Shown: positions 12,963-40,001, counted from the whole stretch's first letter. The stretch: 49,534 nucleotides of DNA, filler included, from Streblomastix strix (GCA_008636045.1; 3 parts of 3 records of this genome joined end to end with filler, not necessarily neighbours in it); one strand, 5' to 3'. Numbers and translations are program-made. The notes: generated from the sequence alone by a model not told the origin.

Positions 12963-13253
12963 ATTTTTATAAAATTCTTATCGATTAAATATGAAAATTA
13001 TTATAATTTTTTTTAAAAATAAATTATTTTTTTAAAAAAAATTATTTTCTTAAATTTTGATTCAAATAAAATTTTAGAGATTTTTTTTAAAAAATCTTAA
13101 TTAATCTTTGCTTTATTTTCAACTCAAAATATTCATTTTTGTTACTAAAAATGAGTTTATTAATTTTAAACTTTTAAAACTAATACCGGAGAATTTTTTT
13201 TCTATAATGAAAAATAAAAATCCATAATCTTTTTTTCGTTTGAAATTATAAAT

Positions 13254-14076
13254 TCACTCTTTGTTAAGGTTCACAAAGGTAATATAATGATTACCATTAA
13301 CAAATCCAAGACCAATATAAAGTCGTTATCCAGAATTATGACTGTAACTTTGACCGCTTGGTGACGAAACATTAATTTGTCTCTAAAACTCTCTTCCTGT
13401 TGCTTCAAGAATCGGACCGTCTGCCCATTTGTGAGAACTACACATCCTAGTAATATATTAATTTATGTTCTCTTCAACTTCTGCCTGCAAGTATCTATTA
13501 ATTTTTTTCTTTTTCTTTTTCTTTTTTTTCAATTTTTGCTTCATCAGCCGATACAAATTGAAGCATGAAGTCATCTTCGTTCTTATGCGCTTCAAGATAT
13601 TTGCATGCCTTCTCTCTTATATACTCAAATTGATCTTCATTTTTGTATAATGCAACAGATACAGAGCGAAAAAAAAATCAGTCACCACCTGCAAAATTAT
13701 TGACAATTCGCTTGTTCTAAGTTTTTGCTAGATTTTTCATCGCTTTCGTATCATTATATTTTTCTTCGACGCTATCACTTGAATTTCCTTGTTCCATAAT
13801 TTTTTCATCATTTTCAGATTATTGTTCTTCTGCGAACGAGCAGTCATCAAGGCTCATAGCATTGCTTTTTTAACTGTTATCTTCAGTATTCTCACTTTAT
13901 GTATCAAAATCGTCATCAATGAAGTAGCTTTTTCTAAGTGTTCTTCTACTTCTTCATCAGAGTTACTTTCACTTAGCTACGTTAAGATTTTAAAACTTTG
14001 CGGTGACTTTGCAGAAATTCTTCTATTCTCGAACTTTAGATTCATTTATTGGAAACAATCTAATGTTATCAAACAT
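13254..14076 (-). pseudogene. OTU-family cysteine protease/deubiquitinase copy 1 (disrupted)
   Basis: AGGD*FFFRSVSVALY...YITRMCSSHKWADGPILEATGREFQRQINV...IGLGFVNGNHYITF. TGA at the catalytic-Cys position (13678-13680), His at 13287-13289, frameshift in an A-run. Confidence 0.75.
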
Positions 14077-14399
14077 AGATTCCCTTAAATCGGATCAGAA
14101 ACAAAACAGATAATGAAAAATGTTTTAGATCATCATATCAGAATTATTTTTCAATTTCATGCTTGGAAATATGAATGTAAATAATATATTTATATAAATT
14201 TAATTCACTTATAATTTTTTATTATTTGAAAAATAGAATTTTAAATTAATTTATTTCGTCAATTAAATGTAACAAATTTATTAATAATAAATTTTTTTAT
14301 TAAAAAATATTAATTGAAATAGAATATTAATTATTAGTTTTATATCTATTTTAAATGAATAGTATTTTAAATCAAATTTTTTTAATATTATATTAAGTG

Positions 14400-15450
14400 T
14401 ACTGTTTTTGATATCATTTTTTTATAATGAAACATAATAGTTATGAATGATATTACCAAGATGAAGTGGCTATTTATTCTTTTACTCTTAACCAAACTTT
14501 GTGACTGCTCCTTATGGAGTATGAACATAAATTAGGATATCAAATGCCTCTGCTGCGGCTATTATGCTCTCATCGCCACCCCACGCATTCATTAACAAAC
14601 TTTCCATTCTTCATTGAATTGTTTCACTCGGTTTCAATGTGCTATCATGTAGTTGCGGGTTATTTATTAAAAATTCAACAGCAAATTCTCTGAATGTATA
14701 ATACTGCTTATCATCAAGTTCCAATTAATTAGCAATTGTACTTAAAATATTGATAGTTAAATTAAAAATAAGAAAATTCAAACTAGTATAAGCAATTTCC
14801 ATCTAATAAATTATCAATTATCTTGAACTACTGGTTCCGTTTCTATCTCAATATGTTTATAGGAGTGTTTGAAAAGAATGATTGCATTGGGAGTTGAATT
14901 GATGGTTTAATTTATTGTTTGAAATTTATTAATTGAATCAATCAAAATTTAAGGATTTAAAGATGAATTAAGTTGAATTTGTTGAATTCGTATTGATTCA
15001 TAATCAACGCTTGGTTTAAATTATAAACTTTTGGATTATGCATAAGTTTTTAAAGTTGTATTTGTTAAAGTATTTGAATTTTTTTAATTTAAGTTGATAT
15101 TATTTGTTGATTAGAATGTTTTTTGAAATCAATTTTGAATGTTTGTAGATTATTCAATGAATAGTTATTTTTTAATCAAGTCACTCTCTTTTTATTTTAA
15201 TTACATATTAATATTTTTTTAATCATCTGCATTATTTAATATTTAATTTAGATGTTGATTATTTTTTATATTAAATTATTAAACTATATTATTTTTCATA
15301 GAATCATCTTCATCACTCTAATGTTCAATGATTTATAACTCTGATTCTTTCTCCAAAACTAAATCATCATTTATTTCTAAAACAACAATTCAGATGGTTT
15401 GTAATATTAATCAATCAGTGATTGAAACAATAATGATTACTGTTTTCCAT
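14400..15450 (-). pseudogene. OTU-family protease copy 2 with low-complexity N-terminus and one intron (disrupted)
   Basis: Splicing a 43-nt GT-AG intron (14741-14783) gives DGNCLYYTIANQL...FREFAVEFL...WGGDESIIAAAEAFDILIYVH...LHLG...NYYVSL. Cys at 14792-14794; TGA at 14611-14613. Confidence 0.75.
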
Positions 15451-15897
15451 GCATTAATTTGAGTAATTATTACATTATTGGTTAATATTAAACTTCGATA
15501 AGATATAATGATAATGATTAAAAAGCAACGAATGTTTCTTCGAAAAACAATTTATATTGATATAATCATATATAATTGAATGGTTATAATTATATAATAA
15601 AAAAAATAAATTTTTTTGTATAAAATTTTGGCATAAAAATGAATATAAGGGAAAATAAGAAAAATGCCTTATTTTTGAGTTATTGAAAAGGCTAGCGATT
15701 ATATTAATTATATATTGGTTAACATCATATATGAACAAATATAACATATATATACTTAATATATCCGACACATCCATAACTAAAAAAGATTTTAAGGACT
15801 TTATATTTTTTATACCTCCCTAAAAACATATAAAAATTTAAATTATTCCATAACGCGAAGACTGGCTATCGCAAATATCTCACGCTTTCTTGTACTA

Positions 15898-15901
<4 letters not shown>

Positions 15902-15935
<34 letters not shown>

Positions 15936-15951
15936 GTATATGTATATATAT
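15902..15951. repeat. (TA)n/(TATATG)n microsatellite
   Basis: Seen directly. Confidence 0.9.
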
Positions 15952-16446
15952 AAAGTTAATCTCAAACCATTGTTCCATAAAATAAACCGCAGCGACTTTT
16001 TCCTAACACTATATAATATTTTTAATTAATATATATCATTATAGTACTTAATTAATAATAATATTATGAAAATATGTCCTATGAAAATTATTAATATAAT
16101 TGCATTTTATTTATTTTAGATGAATATAATCTTATATTATATAATAAAAATCTTAAAATTTGAATTATTAATTTTATTAAACAATGTTTGTTATTTTTTA
16201 ATAAGGATTGTAATAAAAACATGAACAAACTTTTTTTGAATTTTAAAATTAATATTTATTAATTTTTTACAAGTGAAAAAATAATACATTTTCATTTAAT
16301 TTTAATATTTTAATATAATAAGTAGTAGGCAAAAGAACCCCACTGCCCTATGGAATTAAAACTTAAAAATAACGGAAAAACAATAGTGGATATAATCAAT
16401 CGTGATAAAAAATGAAAATAATTTATGGGAAAAGTGAGTGAAAAAT

Positions 16447-16546
16447 NNNNNNNNNNNNNNNNNNNNNNNNNNNNNNNNNNNNNNNNNNNNTTAATTAATT
16501 AANNNNNNNNNNNNNNNNNNNNNNNNNNNNNNNNNNNNNNNNNNNN
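16447..16546. other. Artificial contig spacer
   Basis: N44-TTAATTAATTAA-N44, exactly 100 nt. Confidence 0.97.
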
Positions 16547-16654
16547 AAAATATATTAATATTAATATTAATAAAGAATAGAAAAAGTAAGATACAATTAA
16601 TGAAAAATATTATAAAAAAAAATTTTAAATAAATAACAAATATCTCATCAATAC

Positions 16655-17346
16655 TTAATTTTCCACAATTGCTCCAAGAGGTAAGTAATCAAATAAATCA
16701 GTGAATGCTGTCCAAACACTCGCAGATCCATATTTCTTAAAACATTCATCATAAAAACCATATCTGAATATGATCAATAATAATAAAAATGATTAAAAAA
16801 AAATTAAATGAAACTATAAATTTGTAATTAATATAAAAATAATTCTATTAATTAATTTAATAAAATAAACTAAATATATAATTAACTATATAATTAACTA
16901 TATAAACACAATATCTATACAACATACACTTATGTGATCTGTCTAGACTCATGATTCCCCCTCAGCAACGTGATCCTCATCGGAAACCTTATTTTAAGCA
17001 CCAGAAGCAGCGAAATGACCTCAACGCTGTAATACCCTCTATCCACATAGTCTCCCATAAACAAGTAATTCACATCTGGGCACCGCCCCCCAATTTCGAA
17101 TAGCTCCAGTAAGTCGTGGAATTGGCCGTGAATATCGCCGACGATTGTTAGCGGCGCTGGGACGTAGACGACGTTCGGCTCGACGGAGAGTAGCTCGGTG
17201 GCCTGCAACGGTACGAAAAATATTAGGATGAGTGGTTTTGTAAATAATTTTATTACTTTTTGGATTAGGGTTTTTACGTCGTTCTCGGAAAGCATTTGGA
17301 AACGAAGGAGCTACTGAGCGAAGCGCTCGAGCGTGCTATTTTCCAT
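16655..17346 (-). CDS. PPP2C: Ser/Thr protein phosphatase 2A catalytic subunit (5' part, runs into the gap)
   Basis: [57 protein letters not shown]. Introns at 17203-17256, 16764-16927 and from 16654. Confidence 0.95.
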
Positions 17347-18507
17347 GAATCTAAAATAACAATTAAATAAAAATTTATGCGGAACTAACACATAAAATTA
17401 AATTAAAATAAGTTTCATCTAAATAAAAGGAATTATTAAATATTTAAATATGAGCTATTTAATGAAACTATATTTGTTATGTAATTTAACTTTACAGTAG
17501 TGGATATAATTAAGAGAAAACAGTCAAATAAAAATAATTTTAAAATATACAAAAATTAAATTAATAACGTAAGAAAAACAAATTTTATTGAAAAAAAAAT
17601 AATATCCTAAGAAAATGATAACAATTCCAGTAAAAACATGAAAATTTTATAAAATTAGTATTAAAAATATGTATTAAGTACAATTTTGTATTTTATCATT
17701 ATTTATATAAAGTTCATAAGGAGAAATAATTTTTGTAATGAATTGTGCTGTTAGAGTAAATGTCATTGATATATATGTTAAAAATAATGAATTATGCAAT
17801 ACGTAACGGGAAATTTTCAAGTTAGCAAACAAATTACAAAAATTAGTTTTTGTAAGAAACTGATAGTAAATATTTAATAAAATCAATTTCAATTTTTATT
17901 TGTAAATAATTTATTTTTGATATATATATTACAATTAATTCATTTAACTAAGAATTATTATAAACCATTCGACTTTATCTTACCGGATTGTTTAGAATTA
18001 AAAAACAATTTTTAATTTAGATTTAATGCATGAAACTCTATAATTATTTTCAATTTGATCATATTTCAATTGTAAATAGTGGTTACAAGGAGTTGGAAGT
18101 ACAAAGAATGAAAGAATCCGTGAAATTAGCCAAATTATTGTTGTAAAAACGTTAATAATAATGTGAAGAAGATGAAAGAGTAGGAAATGAATGAATAATA
18201 TTTCAATTTTTGTTTTAGAAATATTTGATTTTTTTTAAAATTTTACAACACAAAATGAATTATTGATTTAATATTTTAATAAATAAATAATAAGTGTATA
18301 TTTAATTTATTAAATTCTATTCAAATAAAAAAAATTGAAGATTTTGAATAAAAAATAAAACATAAATTTGAATTACATCGAAATTATGAAATTAAATAAG
18401 ATTAAACATCTTCCCATACTATAAAAAGTATGATGTATAATAAATAAATAAATACTATTAATTCCGATTAAATCGTAAGAATAATTTAATCAAATTAAAT
18501 ACAATCT

Positions 18508-31532
<13,025 letters not shown>

Positions 31533-32049
31533 GCTAAATTTCAATCTGTAGATAGTTAAATAAAAAATATAAAAACAATTCAAATTAAATAATAATTTAT
31601 TTTGCAATAAAAAAGATATTTAATTGGATTAAAACAAGAGTAAAGGAAAAGCAGAGCAAAATAGCGAAAAAAAATTAAGAACAAGAAATTTCAAAATAAA
31701 AATAGTTTTTATGATAAAAATTAAAAATAATATAGTTTGAATAATAAATAATATACTAAATAATAATTTGTTTTATTGAAAATAAAAGAATAACAAAGTT
31801 AAGAAAATGATTTAAACTTGCATGATTTGAATAGCATCTAGGTATAAATTAAATTAAATTTAATTATAAAAAAATGGAATATAACAATCATCAAATAATT
31901 AATATATTCATAAAATAACTTATTATATTTAAATTCAAGAATTATAATCTCAACAAAATCTAACATAAAATTACCATTTTTATTTAAATATAATTTAACT
32001 TCATTTGAAGATGATTATTAAGCAGGGATTATTTATTAAATAATATCAA

Positions 32050-32101
32050 TAGGCCTGTTAAAATTCGTCAAACCAATTTCGAATGACGGACGAAGTCGTC
32101 T
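32050..32101. mobile_element. Transposon terminus related to the MITE end at 4232
   Basis: TAGGCCTGTTAAAATTCGTCAAA vs TAGGCCTGCTGAAATTTTGTCAAA. Confidence 0.5.
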
Positions 32102-32991
32102 AAGATATTTTTTTGTTTTTGACGATTTAATTAATTGTCATTGCTTTGAAATGTTGAAATTTCCATAATGTTTAAATTATTAATTTAATTTTATAATTAT
32201 ATATATTTATTTGTGAGAGGTTGTATAATTAACATAATTATAAGGTTTATTTTGAAAATTAATTTAAAAATTAGAATTAAAAATTGTTTTAATAAAGATT
32301 GAAATAATATATATGGACTGCACCACAGTCTACTAATTCTGCCGCGCTATTTGTAACCATAATCTCCGCCCCAAATGATTATTACAACTAAGGCTCAATT
32401 CTTCAATGTGATACACAAATGATATGGACAATTCTAAGCAAACACCAATGATTCAAATTAGCTCAATTCATCAATGAGATGCACTTATGATGTGGATTAA
32501 TATTTAAAATTATTCATAAATATTCAAAATGATTTGAAAAATAAAGGTCATATTTTCAAAATTTATGAAAAAATTTAGCAATTTTAAACTATTAATTTCT
32601 TCAATGACTAATAGACTAATTATATCAATTAGTTATATGTATAGTCTATATCACTACATACTTCACTAATATGTATAGTAATTAGGATTGTGATGTAGGG
32701 TTGTGTGTTAAGATATTATGAAATAAATTACTAAAATTTTTCAAATAATTTCAAATGTGAGTATACTTTTTGAATCAATAATTAAAAATATTATAGATTA
32801 AAATAATATAATCAATTGATCAAGAATCTGATTATGAAGTATTTATGCTATCAGCTGATTTGGAATCAGAATTTTCATTAATACTATCTGACTAATCACT
32901 AAGTTAATTAGCTGTCTATGGCAATAATTCAACTTGCTTGCAACGGTATAATCTATGTTCCGATATATGATAAACCTTTAATTGATTATTC

Positions 32992-33091
32992 NNNNNNNNN
33001 NNNNNNNNNNNNNNNNNNNNNNNNNNNNNNNNNNNTTAATTAATTAANNNNNNNNNNNNNNNNNNNNNNNNNNNNNNNNNNNNNNNNNNNN
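32992..33091. other. Artificial contig spacer
   Basis: N44-TTAATTAATTAA-N44. Confidence 0.97.
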
Positions 33092-33237
33092 TATATGCGA
33101 TTTTACTTTTCTTACCACTTTTATTGTCATACAAATCATTCACCATCCTTTAAATTTCTCATTACAATTTACTAAAACAATTCTTAAAATTCCCCGACGA
33201 ATCTATCTTTTTTTATTAGAATTATAAATTAATTTTA

Positions 33238-36041
33238 ATGTGTTCTTACTTATTCAAGTACTTAAGCAGCGTAAACTGCAAAATGATTTAAGAAAATTCT
33301 GAATATCTTATTGGGACTAAACTACCAACATTTCGTGAAGAAAAGGAAGCAAAAGAAATGGGGAAAAGTATTAAAGGTGCTCCAAAGTAATATGCTTCAA
33401 TTCAAAAATAAATTGGTTTTCTCATATTTATTTTTATCAATATTAATCATTAATCAATTTAATATATTATTGCATAGTAACAGATGAAAATGGAAAAAGA
33501 AGATTTCATGGTGCATTTACAGGAGGATTCTCAGCTGGATATTTCAATACAGTAGGTACAAAAGAAGGTTGGAAACCTGGAGAGTTTTTATCAACTAAAG
33601 ACAATCGTGCTGTGATGAAAGAGAGAGTACCAGAAGATTTTATGGATGATGAAGATATCAACATATTCACATCTGGAAAAAGATTAAAGCTCACTTCTGA
33701 ATTTGATATTGTAGGAGGAACTGCAGCCGAATTACATTAAAGACAAATAAAACTTAATAATTTAATAGGCGGTACAATTCCTAATGATCTTGTTGTAAAA
33801 GCTCCAGATACTATTGGAATTAGTTTATTAAAAAAGATGGGCTGGAGAGAAAATAAATAGATTAGAGGTTCAATTCATAATTCTTCAATGAATCAAGATA
33901 ATAACAATGATATTTTGAATGTTGATTATGAATATGATGGTTCAAATGATTTAACTCTGCCATCTACCCAACAATCTGCTAATAAAATACCAGAAACATT
34001 CTTTCTTCCTATTCCTAAATCAGATACAAAAGGACTTGGCTTTAACTCAATCCTCAACCATTAACATTTAAAAGATGAAAATGATGAAATATTTAATTAT
34101 TATTAATCTAACTAATCAAATAATTTATAATAAAAAATAATAATAAAAAAAGATAAAATTAAGGAATAGCCTATTCAACCGTTATAACAAATTAAGAAAA
34201 GTTAAATTGATAAATAAGGATTTGGAATTGGTGTATTTGAGATTGATTAAGAAGGAAATGGAGAAGTATTTGATATTTATGGAGATGGTGATGATGGATT
34301 ATTTGGAATTTCATAGATTTAAAGTAAGAATAAATTTGATCCTAAATAAAAAAGAAATAATATATTAAGTTTTGATGGAGATGACACTATTGATAACGAT
34401 ACTATTCTTCGAGTAAATATTTAGGAAATTAGGTAGAATCCAAGTAAAATTAAGTAAAATACTAAATATATTCCAAATTCTACTAGTTCTACTTCTTTAC
34501 AGTTATGTAATGATGGTCTTGCTCCTCTTCCTGGCTTTGCTGTTACTCAATAATCTTCTTTGCATATTCATCAAACAGTAATTTCAAATACTACAAACTA
34601 ATATGATATTTCTAAGAGATCAAATTACTAACAATCAATAAATACTTAAAATAGTGAGATTCCTTCAATAGGAATTCATCTTCCAATTGGATATCACCCA
34701 AAATAAGGACCATGTGCTAATGAAATGCGTTAAATTAATGAATATGTATTAAATAAGTAAGAAAACGAAGGAATTTCAATATTTTAACAATGGCAAAATG
34801 AGATGGAGAGACGAATGGATACAAAAAAGGAGGATGATTTTTAACAATTTATATCCTACTTGGATACAAAATAATAATTACAGTAGAAAGATTCATAATA
34901 AATAGAAATAGAACCACCTCCCTCTGTTATTACTACATCTTAGTTTCTATCACATAGATTCATATCTGAATCAAATATTCCTCATCTATAACCAAATTAT
35001 TAAGAAAATAATTTAAATAATAATTTAAATAATAAAAGTAATTAATAAAAATAAAGTATTAACCCATCCAATAATATTCAAAATGTTAATAATTAACCAC
35101 CAGATAATTAGATTTAATCAACTCGTCAAACACTTCCTTGGAATCCAGATCATTTATTATGTAAAAGGTTTGGAATTGATAATCCTCCATATTCTCCAAC
35201 AAATAAAAATACAAATATTAATTAGAATTAATTTTAATAAAAGATTATGGATAATAATGAAATTAATATCACAAATTAATAGATAAATCCAAAAAAATCA
35301 AAAATTCGGTGGGATTTATTTCCAGAAAATGAAAATTAATAAATAAAAGATAATGAAAAAGAAATGAAAAAGGATGTAGAATAAATATTACATGTAGAAG
35401 AAAGGAAAAAAGGTGTTGGAACAACTGATGAAAATATTGACGAGATGATTGTTGAAAGACCTTCAATGGATTTATTCAGTGCTATTTTTGAAGAAGATAA
35501 TGTGAGTAATATAGATAATAATTAAGATTAAACAGCTGAAGATATGAATATAAAACAATTTAAACCCGAAAAATTATCCTAAAATGAAATTTTAGCTTTA
35601 TATTTAAATTAAAAACTCCTTCCTATGCTACTTAGATATGACATAAAAATGGAGGCAGATCTTAATAACGAAAATAATTTTTAAAACAATGCTATCTAAA
35701 GATTATAATCTGATATTCCTAATTATGAAAAAGATATTGGAAGAGATTTGGAAGATAAATCAAAACCAAAAAAAATAAGCAAAAAAAATATTTAAAATAA
35801 ACATAAAGACAATCACCATCATAATTCGCACAAACACATAATTGGGAATAAATCTTAACTTCACTTTAAACATAAGCACGAAAAATCATTTTAGAATTAG
35901 GATAAGAGAAAGAGAAGAAAGCTTAACTCGGGGGAGTATTAAAAGGTTTATGATAATTCAAAAGAAAGAGATTCAGAATCTAATTCGTCAGAAAAATCAA
36001 ATTCATAAAATTCTCATTCAAGTTACACTTCATCAAATTGA
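33238..36041 (+). CDS. GPATCH1: G-patch domain-containing protein 1 (TOUGH-like splicing factor)
   Basis: RRFHGAFTGGFSAGYFNTVGTKEGW, G-patch IGISLLKKMGW, WNPDHLLCKRFG, RPSMDLFSAIF. Intron at 33416-33477. Alternative ATG at 33283. Confidence 0.92.
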
Positions 36042-36161
36042 TATTGCATTCAATGCTATATAATTACATTGAAAATTAATTTATTTTATATATAATAAAT
36101 AAATCATAAAAAAAAATATTTGTAATGATTTGATAAAATAGAAAATGTATTATTAAACAAT

Positions 36162-39100
36162 TCAGATATTTTATTCATCCTCCTATTCTCTTATTATTGC
36201 TGATTCAGAATCTGTCCCAGCTTCTTACATTACATCAGTTCCAAAATTTCTATTGATTACGTTATCATTAATTAAATCTAAATTATCTATTTCCAATTGA
36301 TTATTTTCATTCATATTCATGACAAAATATGGATGTGGATCAAATTTTGGCATAGTTAACATCCTTTTTGCCTGTGTCAATTATGCTAATTATAAGTTTA
36401 CTACCTATTGTATATTAACTTACTATTATTCTGCCTATCTACCTTGTGAATCATTTCGTAATACTTAAAGATGTTAAGGAATGTGTTTTTTGAATTCCAA
36501 AGGTAGTGCTTTGTTTGAAGCATGTGCAATTTGGAATGCAGATCGTTTAGAAATTGTACCATTGTCAAGTATTTTATCTGATGTTTTTGCTACTTCATCT
36601 ATTGTTGGGATAATAAAAGGTTATTTTGTATTAATTTGATAATTCATTAATTATCTTCTATTATTTTTCTAATTTACAAAATTTTCAACTCCAGTTTCTT
36701 CATCTGCTTCCAAAGATTGAAATAGTTAATCGTTCATAGAAATATCATTATCAATTATTTAATCGGAAAATAGAGATAGAGATTATGCAGATACAAATGA
36801 AGGGACAGAAAGATTAAATGCATATAATGAGTCATCTAAATTGATTTTTTTTTCTTATTCAGTTGTATTAAGAGATTCATTTAAACTTTTATCATTATTT
36901 TAACCAGTTTATTAATTTATCATTTTAGAATTTTTATTAAGAGATGAATGAGGAATTAAAAGAGGAGCTTTTTTCTAAAGCCACATTTCGCATGCCTTTA
37001 AATAAACATCAATATCACTTGGATATGGAATATTGGTATCTAAAGTTAATGTTAAATGTAATATTTATTTGAAAATTGTAATAATAAATTTAATTCAAAC
37101 TAATATTCTTATAAAGTTGAGTGATGATTGGATGAGCTCTGTTTCGAAGATCATTTATTGAGGACTCAAAGAACCAACCATCAACACTCTATAAATAAAT
37201 GTTGTAATTAATAAAATAATTATTATTAAAATTATTTTTCATGTATGGGATAATAGTTGGCATATTTTATAACATATAGTTTAATCAAATAAAATATAAT
37301 AATTACAAACTCTACATTTTGAAGGAAAAGGAGAAAAGCGTGCAATTGCCTGGAATGAAGAATCTGGAATATCACATATTTGCACAGAAACTGTATGATA
37401 ATTAATCGCTCTTTTCTTTACTTTCTAAATTTAATTATATTTTAGACGGATACGTAATATCTGAAATCTTTTCAAAGAGAAATATTTAAAAAAAATGAAA
37501 ATAATTTCTTTTCGAATAATCAAATCTAAAAATAATAACATACATTCTTGAAGTCTTATCTTTTCGAGGATCATAGCCAAGACGAACCCATGCTCTGCTC
37601 CAAGGTCCACTAGAGAAGTTATATGCACAGTTATGAATAATCTTTTTTAAAACAGAGTCATTCAAAGGAGGCATATCCTAAATATCTTAATTTGGTTATT
37701 ATTAAGATGGTAATGATGAAGTGTAAGTTTACGATTAAGAATCAAATTATAATTTAATAGATGATTGTAATTTCAAATTATTATTCTAGTTATCCATACA
37801 AATAGATTAACCCTATTCTACTATATTATTCTTTGTATTAAAGTTAGTAAATACTTCATCTTTTTCTTCTTTGAGAATTTGTTTATGTAGCATTAGTGAA
37901 GTCCAAATTGGTCTTGAATTTTTATAATTTTCATCAAATAGATTTCTAGCTATTCGCTAAAGTCGTTCCATTCTCTCTTAACTAACTAATCCTTATCTAT
38001 CATTTCTTCTCTTAGTAATCAATTTTGAGTTTTATTTTGAATTTTCATTTTCGCTAACTAAATTCTCTGAATTAGACAAAGAATCATCAATATTTTCTTC
38101 TCTACTAAAAATGATATCTTTTGATCCAATTAATTAATTGAATTCTGTATCAAATTATAATCCTAATCCAAAATCTTTAATAATTTCATCATTGGAAGCA
38201 AAAATTGGAATTAATTATTTTAATTAATTATCATCACTTTCATCTTTACATGTCATATTTATTTATTATTTCTATTTTGAAATGCTGTGTAGTAATCCTT
38301 CATTATTCTAAGTTTTAGCATGGTGTCTATCTTTCTCATCAAGTAATGTTTGAATTGATGGAACGAAAGGAGCATTAAAATCAATTGTCATTACAGACTT
38401 TAATATTCTTCCAAATTTTGAAGAAAAATTTGATGAATTATGAAAGTATTTGTGATTATTAATTGATTATAGATTTGAATAGATAATTGAAGTGAGAAGT
38501 TTGGGTTTTGATTTTTATTAAAAATAATAAGGTAGTGGAATTTATCTAAAGGAAAATTGGTGTGGAAGATAGTCATATGACTAGTGTTTTATTTCATAAA
38601 ATTGTTTTTCTTATTTAGATTATTAAGAAAAATTAAATGTTTTATAATAATTTTTTAATTAATAATCCTCTTGAGCTTTGGAAATTGAATGTTCATAATT
38701 ACTCATTTATTATAAAATTCCAAGATATTATTATGAATTAAGCACATTTAAACAATCTTTTTGAGGTTTAATTACTTAAAAATCGGACATATTATTAAAT
38801 TGTATTATAGAATCAATTCTGCCAATGCATTAAATAGTACTGTTATTAAATTAATTTATTTTGCTAAATTATGTCATTTCAAATTCTTAGAAATTTGATG
38901 CTTTTGATTATAAAAAATAATTTTAAGCAATTCTTTTCATTTCATTTATCAATTGAGAGTTTTCATTCTGGTGTAAAATTGATTTCAAAGATTAAGAATT
39001 GGTATGTTATTAATTTTTCTTAGTAATAACCTTGATTATTAACCCTGTTATATTCCTTGATTCTCCAATTATTGGTATATTTCTATTATCTTCGGGGTGA

Positions 39101-39328
39101 AACCTAAGTAGTAATTTTCCAGTTTAATGTGAAGATCCAATATATTATGTGGACCCAAGCATTTTAATTGCTCTAAGAATATTTTGAACATCACCAGGAA
39201 ATTCAACGACTATGTTAATATATATTAGTAACATTAAAAAATATAAGATTTAAATAATAATTCAATTAAAAATTTATATTTATCTCTATACCACAAAATT
39301 TCTCGTTTGGAATTCTTGTTTGATACAT
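36162..39328 (-). CDS. GTF3C5: Transcription factor IIIC subunit tau95/Tfc1
   Basis: VEFPGDV...LRFHPED, IGRIDSIIQFNNMSDFQ, RPIWT, AYNFSSGPWSRAWVRLGYDPRKD, QICDI, DGWF. Introns at 39210-39291, 37468-37543, 37189-37310 and probably ~37040-37120. Confidence 0.9.
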
Positions 39329-40001
39329 TCTTGAAAAATACTTTAATAATAATTACAGAATAAATGAAGAGATTAGGCAAATGTTTAAAATTCGATTTAT
39401 GTGGAAATAAAATAAGTATTAATAAGATTATAACTATAAAAGCTATTTATATTAAATAAATAAATGGGTGAGTTGTGTTTTTTGAGAAAGAGATCAAACT
39501 TTATTTGGCATTTAATTATGATAAGGTAAGAATTGTAAGATAATGAATAATATAATAAATAGTAAAAGGACATTGAATTATTTAAAAAGCATGTAAGATT
39601 ATGAATTAAAATTACAAAAAAAATTAGTTTTTGTTAGGAATAAATTTGGATTTGGAAAATTTTCAAATGAGCTAAATAAAGTTAAAATGCATGTTTACAA
39701 TAGTTATAATTTATTTTAATTACAGTTTAGTATTTGTTGTATATATTTAAATTATTTAATAATATATTTCTTACTAAAAATTAAGTTATAATGATAGTTT
39801 TTTGTAATTTGCACTGAAATTCAGTTCGATATTGAAGTTAATTGTATAAATAGACATATGATGCTAAATTAATGCAAATAATTAATTTGTTTAGCATAAA
39901 AATAAATTAGGTTACAATTACAAATATTTCAATAATGGAAGGAAATAATGAATAAAATTTAGATAATTCATTTATTATTACCAACAACTCCATTTTGAAA
40001 C

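Noticed and set aside
13678..13680. TGA at the OTU catalytic site as selenocysteine
   Set aside because: The same ORF has frameshifts and other stops, and no SECIS was recognised. Decay is the simpler explanation.
16321..16350. AGTAGTAG as a Polinton terminal repeat start
   Set aside because: Only 8 nt, with no matching inverted copy in the window and the contig ending ~120 nt later.
16491..16502. TTAATTAATTAA as a biological motif
   Set aside because: It is centred in N runs and repeated identically at 33036-33047, so it is an artificial linker.
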